From an uncultured Planctomycetaceae bacterium (lineage in GTDB: Bacteria > Planctomycetota > Planctomycetia > Isosphaerales > Isosphaeraceae), in NCBI GenBank assembly GCA_963833985.1, contig CAWIAD010000001.1:2944001-3008000 (forward strand): 64,000 bases of DNA, given 5' to 3'. The stretch's first letter is position 1; each line of letters opens with the position of its first letter. The notes under the pieces are model-generated. The model saw only the letters and a program-made list of their open reading frames with translations, did no database searches and had not been told where the DNA came from. Shown here piece after piece: positions 59,521 through 64,000 of the stretch. The translations under genes and the position numbers were made by a program.

Positions 59521-61330
59521 ATGAACGCAGTAGAGAAGACGAAGGCGGAGGATGATCTCCGCACCGAGTACGAGCGCCGGCGGGACGACCGGGAAATGGC
59601 TCACAAGCGTGCCAGCCGGCGGGAGCATCAGGTGGCCGACGCCCGGCTGGCTGTGTTTTCCGTGGGACTTGTGCTGGCGTTCTTCATTTACTGGATGCAC
59701 TGGCCGGATGCCCTCTGGCTGAGCGTTCCGCTGGTCCTGTTCATCGGGCTGGTGCTGGTGCACGAACCGCTGCGAAGGCAGGTCCGGCGCGGATCGAGCG
59801 GCCTCCTTTTACGCACGCGGGCTGGCCAGGCTCGACGATCGCTGGGCCGGGACCGGGGTGGGCGGCGACTCGTTCCTGGACCTGAACCATCCCTACGCCG
59901 CCGACCTGGACCTGTTCGGTCGCGGCTCACTATTCGAGCGGCTGTGCACGGCCCGCACTCGAGCCGGGGAAGAGACGCTGGCCGCCTGGCTGCTGGCACC
60001 CGCGGCGCCGGAATCGATCGCGGAGCGGCACGAGGCGATCACCGAGCTGCGGCCCAGGCTGAATCTCCGCGAGGACCTGGAGCTGTACGGCTCGGACGTC
60101 AGGTCGGCCATCGATCCGGAAGCGCTCGCCGGGTGGGGGAACGCCCCGCGCGTCTTTCACGGCAGGGCCTTACCGATCGCGGCCGCGGCGCTGGCACTTT
60201 TCGGCACGGCCGCGGTGCTGGGCTGGTTCTTCCTCGACCTGCCGTTGCGCTGGCTGCTCGCCGGGCTGGCGCTGGAGACCGCATTCGCCATGGCGCTGCG
60301 GTCCCGGGTCGATCATGTGCTTGCCGCCGTGAGCGAACGTTCGGCCGACCTCGTACTGCTGAGCGACCTGCTCGATCGCATCGAGCGAGAGCCGTGCGGT
60401 CGGCCGTTGCTGGAGCGGGTGCGTCACTCGCTTCAAACGGGAGGCCGACCGGCCTCGGGGCAGATTCGCCGCCTGGCCCGGCTGGTCCACCTGCTTGAGA
60501 CGCGTAGGAACCAGTTCTTCTTGCCGATCGCGGCACTGCTGCTCTGGAGAACGCAGCTCGCCATGGTGATCGACGCATGGCGCGGGACCGCGGGACCGTG
60601 CATCGCCACCTGGCTGAAGGCCGTGGGTGAGTTCGAGGCGATCTCGGCGCTGGCGGCCTACGCGGCGGAGAACCCGGCCGACGTGTTCCCGGAGGTCGTG
60701 CCCGGCCCGGCTCGATTCGAGGCCGAGGCGCTCGGGCATCCGCTGCTGGCGGTGTCACAATGCGTACGCAACGACCTGAGCCTGGGAACCCAGGTGCACG
60801 CGGCAGTGGTGAGCGGGTCGAACATGTCGGGCAAGAGCACGTTGCTCAGATCGGTGGGCGTGGCGGCCGTGATGGCACTGGCGGGCGCACCGGTGCGGGC
60901 GGCCAGGCTGTCGCTCTCGCCGCTGTCCGTCGGGGCGACGCTGCGGATTCAGGATTCACTCCAGGCCGGCAAGTCGCGGTTCTATGCCGAGATCACGCGC
61001 GTGCGTCAGGTTGTGGACCTGGCGGCCGGTCCGCTGCCGCTCCTGTTCCTCTTCGATGAGCTCTTCCACGGCACGAACTCGGACGATCGCCGCCGGGGTG
61101 CCGAGGCGGTGCTGCGCGGCCTTCTGGACCGCGGAGCGATCGGCCTGATCACGACGCACGACCTGGCGCTGGCGAAGATTGCCGAGGGGATCGGTCCACA
61201 GGCCGTGAACGTGCACTTCGCCGACCATTTCGAGAACGGCCAGATGCACTTCGACTACACGATGCGGCCCGGCGTGGTGGAGCATTCCAACGCCATTGCG
61301 CTCATGCGGGCCGTGGGGTTGAATGTGTAA
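59521..61330 (+). CDS. Membrane-anchored MutS domain V ATPase (MutS-related), frameshift near 59800
   Basis: N-terminal TM helices, HPYAADLDLFG, SGSNMSGKSTLLR, SRFYAEI, FDELFHGTNS, TTHDL. Confidence 0.9.
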
Positions 61331-61448
61331 GCGACAGGCAAGAGCGTACTTGACGGGCACCCGGGACGTTGCTTCGAGACCGGACGGCCTGGCGATTCTC
61401 GAGGGACCCGTGTCCATACGTGTCATTCCTTGATTCAAATAACCCCAG

Positions 61449-61645
61449 TGGCACGATCGGAATCGTGCCCCACGTGGGGAGGGAAAGAATGGCACGATCG
61501 GAATCGTGCCCCACGTGGGGAGGGAAAGAATGGCACGATCGGAATCGTGCCCCACGTGGGAAGGGAAAGAATGGCACGATCGGAATCGTGCCCCACGTGG
61601 GGAGGGAAAGAATGGCACGATCGGAATCGTGCCCCACGTGGGGAG
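61449..61645. repeat. Tandem array of 4.8 x 41-bp REP-like palindromic units
   Basis: Unit TGGCACGATCGGAATCGTGCCCCACGTGGGGAGGGAAAGAA starting 61449, 61490, 61531, 61572, 61613; one G>A variant in unit 3; between convergent genes. Confidence 0.95.
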
Positions 61646-61664
61646 CGGCCGGGCGTGCGATTGC

Positions 61665-63002
61665 CTATCCGTCCAGCCGGGGCAAGCGGCCGGTGCTGTC
61701 ACCGAGGCGGTCGACCGGGGCACCCATGCGGTCAAGCAGTGAGAGGTAGAGGTTGTTCAGGGGCTGGGGCGAGTACTTGACGTGGCGGCCGGGCTTGAGG
61801 CTGCCTGCGCCACGGCCGGCCAGCAGGACTGGCAGGTCGTCGTGGTTGTGGCGGTCGCCGTCGCTGATGCCACTGCCGTAGACGATCATCGTGCTGTCCA
61901 GCAGCGAGTGCTCGCCCTCGCGGACGGCTTTCAGCTTGCCCAGCAGGTAGGCGAACTGCTCGATGTGGAAGCGGTTGATCTTCTTGAGCTTGGCGTGCTT
62001 CTTCGGGTCGCCGCCGTGGTGCGAGAGGTCGTGATGGCCGTCCGGGACGCCCAGGAACGGATAGGGGCGTGTCGAGCCTTCGTTGGCATACATGAAGGTA
62101 CAGATGCGCGTGGAGTCGGTCTGGAAGGCCAGGGCGATGATATCGAACATGAGCCGGATATGCTCGGCGTACTCGCGGGGGATACCGGCGGGCCGGGCCA
62201 GCCCCGGGGGCAGGTCCGGGGCTGAATCCGCACGAGCGATCCGCTGTTCGATCTCGCGGATCGAGGTCAGGTAGTCGTCGAGCTTGCGGCGGTCGTTCAT
62301 GCCCAGCCGCCCGCGCAGTTGCTGGGCGTCGCCGATGGCGAAGTCCAGGATGCTCCGCCGGTAGAGGTCGCGCTTCTGCTGCTCGGCGCGGCTGCCGGTG
62401 GCGGTCCGGCCGGCGAAGAGCCGGTCGAAGACAAGGCGCGGGTTGATCTCCTTGGCCACCGGGGTTTCGGGCGAACGCCAGGAGATGTTCGACGAGTAGG
62501 CACAGCTATAGCCCGAGTCGCAGTTGCCCGACTGACCGCCCCGCTCCACGCCCAGCTCCAGCGACGGCAGCCGCGTGTGGCCGCCGATCTTCTGCGCGGC
62601 GACCTGGTCGGCCGAGATGCCCACGTGAATGTTGGCGCCGTCGGTCTTCAGCGGGTGCACGCCGGTGAGGAAGCAACAGAGCGACCGGGCGTGGTCGCCG
62701 GGTCCGTCGCCCAGGGCCTCGGCGTTGTGCTGCTCCAGGCCGGTGAGCACCAGCAGGTCGTCGCGGTAGGGGGCAAGCGGCTCCAGCAGATGCGGCAGCG
62801 TGAAGCCGGCACCCTCCTGCCCGGGCCGCCAGTCCGGCATGTGCACGCCGTTGGGCACGTACAGGAACGCCATGCGTTTCGGTCCGGGCGCGACGGGGCT
62901 GGCGGCCGGGGCCATCGCCTCCAGCCAGGGAAGCGCGATCGCGGTTCCCAGTCCGCGCAGTACCGTGCGTCGAGAGAGCAGCTTGCCGTGTTGTGGGCTC
63001 AT
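61665..63002 (-). CDS. DUF1552 (HXXSHH) domain protein
   Basis: LSRRTVLRGLG..LPWLEAM, YVPNG, GHHDLSHH, YGSGISDGDRHNHDDLP. Confidence 0.95.
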   Translation of the reverse strand: MSPQHGKLLSRRTVLRGLGTAIALPWLEAMAPAASPVAPGPKRMAFLYVPNGVHMPDWRPGQEGAGFTLPHLLEPLAPYRDDLLVLTGLEQHNAEALGDGPGDHARSLCCFLTGVHPLKTDGANIHVGISADQVAAQKIGGHTRLPSLELGVERGGQSGNCDSGYSCAYSSNISWRSPETPVAKEINPRLVFDRLFAGRTATGSRAEQQKRDLYRRSILDFAIGDAQQLRGRLGMNDRRKLDDYLTSIREIEQRIARADSAPDLPPGLARPAGIPREYAEHIRLMFDIIALAFQTDSTRICTFMYANEGSTRPYPFLGVPDGHHDLSHHGGDPKKHAKLKKINRFHIEQFAYLLGKLKAVREGEHSLLDSTMIVYGSGISDGDRHNHDDLPVLLAGRGAGSLKPGRHVKYSPQPLNNLYLSLLDRMGAPVDRLGDSTGRLPRLDG

Positions 63003-63076
63003 TCCTTGGGTTCCTGGACCGCGGAGGGAGGAAGGGAAACGCCGTTCTCATCAGCTCTCGTGAAGCAGTCGCCGGA

Positions 63077-64000
63077 TCACCCCCGGCGCTTCAGGAACGC
63101 ATCACTCTTGACGATCTCGAGCACCAGCCGGCTGAACCGGTAGTCGCTGGCGGCGACCGCATCGGCGATCTTCTGCACCGTGCACTGATCGAAATCCTCC
63201 AGTCCCCGGCCCAGCGCGTAGACCAGCAGCTTCTCGGTGAGGCAGCGGGTGAACTCGCGCTTGTGGGCCTTGAGGATCGTCTTCAGCTCGGCCGGACCCT
63301 GAAAGGCCTCGCCCGAGGGGAGCTTGCCGGAGGCATCGATCGGGTGGGCGGCTTCCTTGTCGCGCCAGGCGCCGATGGCGTCGAAGTTTTCCAGGCCGAA
63401 GCCGGGCGGGTCGAGCCGGCTGTGGCAGCCGGCGCAGCTCGGGTTCGAGCGGTGCTGCTCCATGCGCTGGCGGAGCGTGCCTGAAAGAGCCTTCCTGTCC
63501 TCGGAGAGCTGCGGCACGTTCGGCGGCGGGGGTGGCGGCGGCGTGCCCAGCACTTGCTCCAGGATCCAGCGCCCGCGCTTCACGGGCGAGGTGCGCGTGG
63601 GGTTCGAGGTCACCGTGAGGATGCTGGCCTGGGTGATCAGTCCGCCGCGCTGGTGGCTTTTCAACTTCACCCGTCGGAACTGGTCTCCGGCCACGCCCGG
63701 CACGCCGTAGTGCCGCGCCAGCCGCTCGTTCAGGTAGGTGAAATCGCAATCGAGGAAGTCCAGGATGCTGCGGTCTTCGCGCATCACCGAGGCGAAGAAC
63801 AGTTCCGACTCCCTTTGCATGGCCTGGCGAAGCGGCTCGTCGAAGGCGGGGAACTGTTCGCGGTCGGGTTCACGGCGGCCAGGTTGCGGAGCTGGAGCCA
63901 CTGGCCGGCGAAGTTTTCCACGAGTGCCTGCGCCCTCGGGTCGTGCAGCATATGCCGGACCTGGCGGGTGAGGTTCTCCTCGGTGTGCAGCTTGCCGGCC
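63077..64000 (-). CDS. DUF1592/DUF1588/DUF1585 protein (partial; frameshift near 63880)
   Basis: ENFAGQWLQLRNL, YLNERLARHYG, RGGLITQASIL..TSPVKRG, CAGCH heme motif, YALGRGL. Confidence 0.93.
   Translation of the reverse strand, partial: GRQAAHRGEPHPPGPAYAARPEGAGTRGKLRRPVAPAPQPGRREPDREQFPAFDEPLRQAMQRESELFFASVMREDRSILDFLDCDFTYLNERLARHYGVPGVAGDQFRRVKLKSHQRGGLITQASILTVTSNPTRTSPVKRGRWILEQVLGTPPPPPPPNVPQLSEDRKALSGTLRQRMEQHRSNPSCAGCHSRLDPPGFGLENFDAIGAWRDKEAAHPIDASGKLPSGEAFQGPAELKTILKAHKREFTRCLTEKLLVYALGRGLEDFDQCTVQKIADAVAASDYRFSRLVLEIVKSDAFLKRRG

Noticed and set aside
59521..61330. Canonical mismatch-repair mutS
   Set aside because: Lacks the mismatch-binding and connector domains and has TM helices; it is the domain V-only family
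61449..61645. CRISPR array
   Set aside because: Units are contiguous and near-identical with no unique spacers, and there are no cas genes in the window

Overview
GC-rich bacterial window with strong Planctomycetota signatures (DUF1559 prepilin-like gene plus lipoprotein partner, DUF1552 and DUF1592/1588/1585 genes, PEP-CTERM protein, ECF sigma factors), most like an Isosphaeraceae-type genome. That taxonomic call is inferred from gene families only. The core genes include a CzcBA/CusBA-like RND efflux pair, a HAD phosphatase + glycerol-1-phosphate dehydrogenase-like pair, proC, dgoD/MFS, a phytase, an FAH hydrolase, DinB and a MutS domain V protein. There are three accessory zones. (1) At 19-28 kb, a GmrSD (DUF262/DUF1524) defence gene is followed by four intact IS elements (ISAs1, IS4, IS1634, IS701), all with readable terminal repeats and target duplications, next to a single-chain fused NHLP-type peptide exporter. 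(2) At 41-47 kb, decayed toxin-antitoxin pairs sit with a ~255-bp duplicated element whose second copy is split by an ISKra4-like element. (3) At 48.8-58.8 kb lies a candidate type VII-like secretion operon in a diderm bacterium: two small helical WXG100-like genes, a membrane FtsK/SpoIIIE ATPase and a DUF4132 gene, preceded by an MNT-HEPN module and a degenerate copy of part of the first gene. A 41-bp REP-like tandem array lies at 61.45-61.65 kb. Many genes carry single-base frameshifts that look like long-read indel errors, so pseudogene calls are uncertain. No rRNA, tRNA or CRISPR array was recognised.
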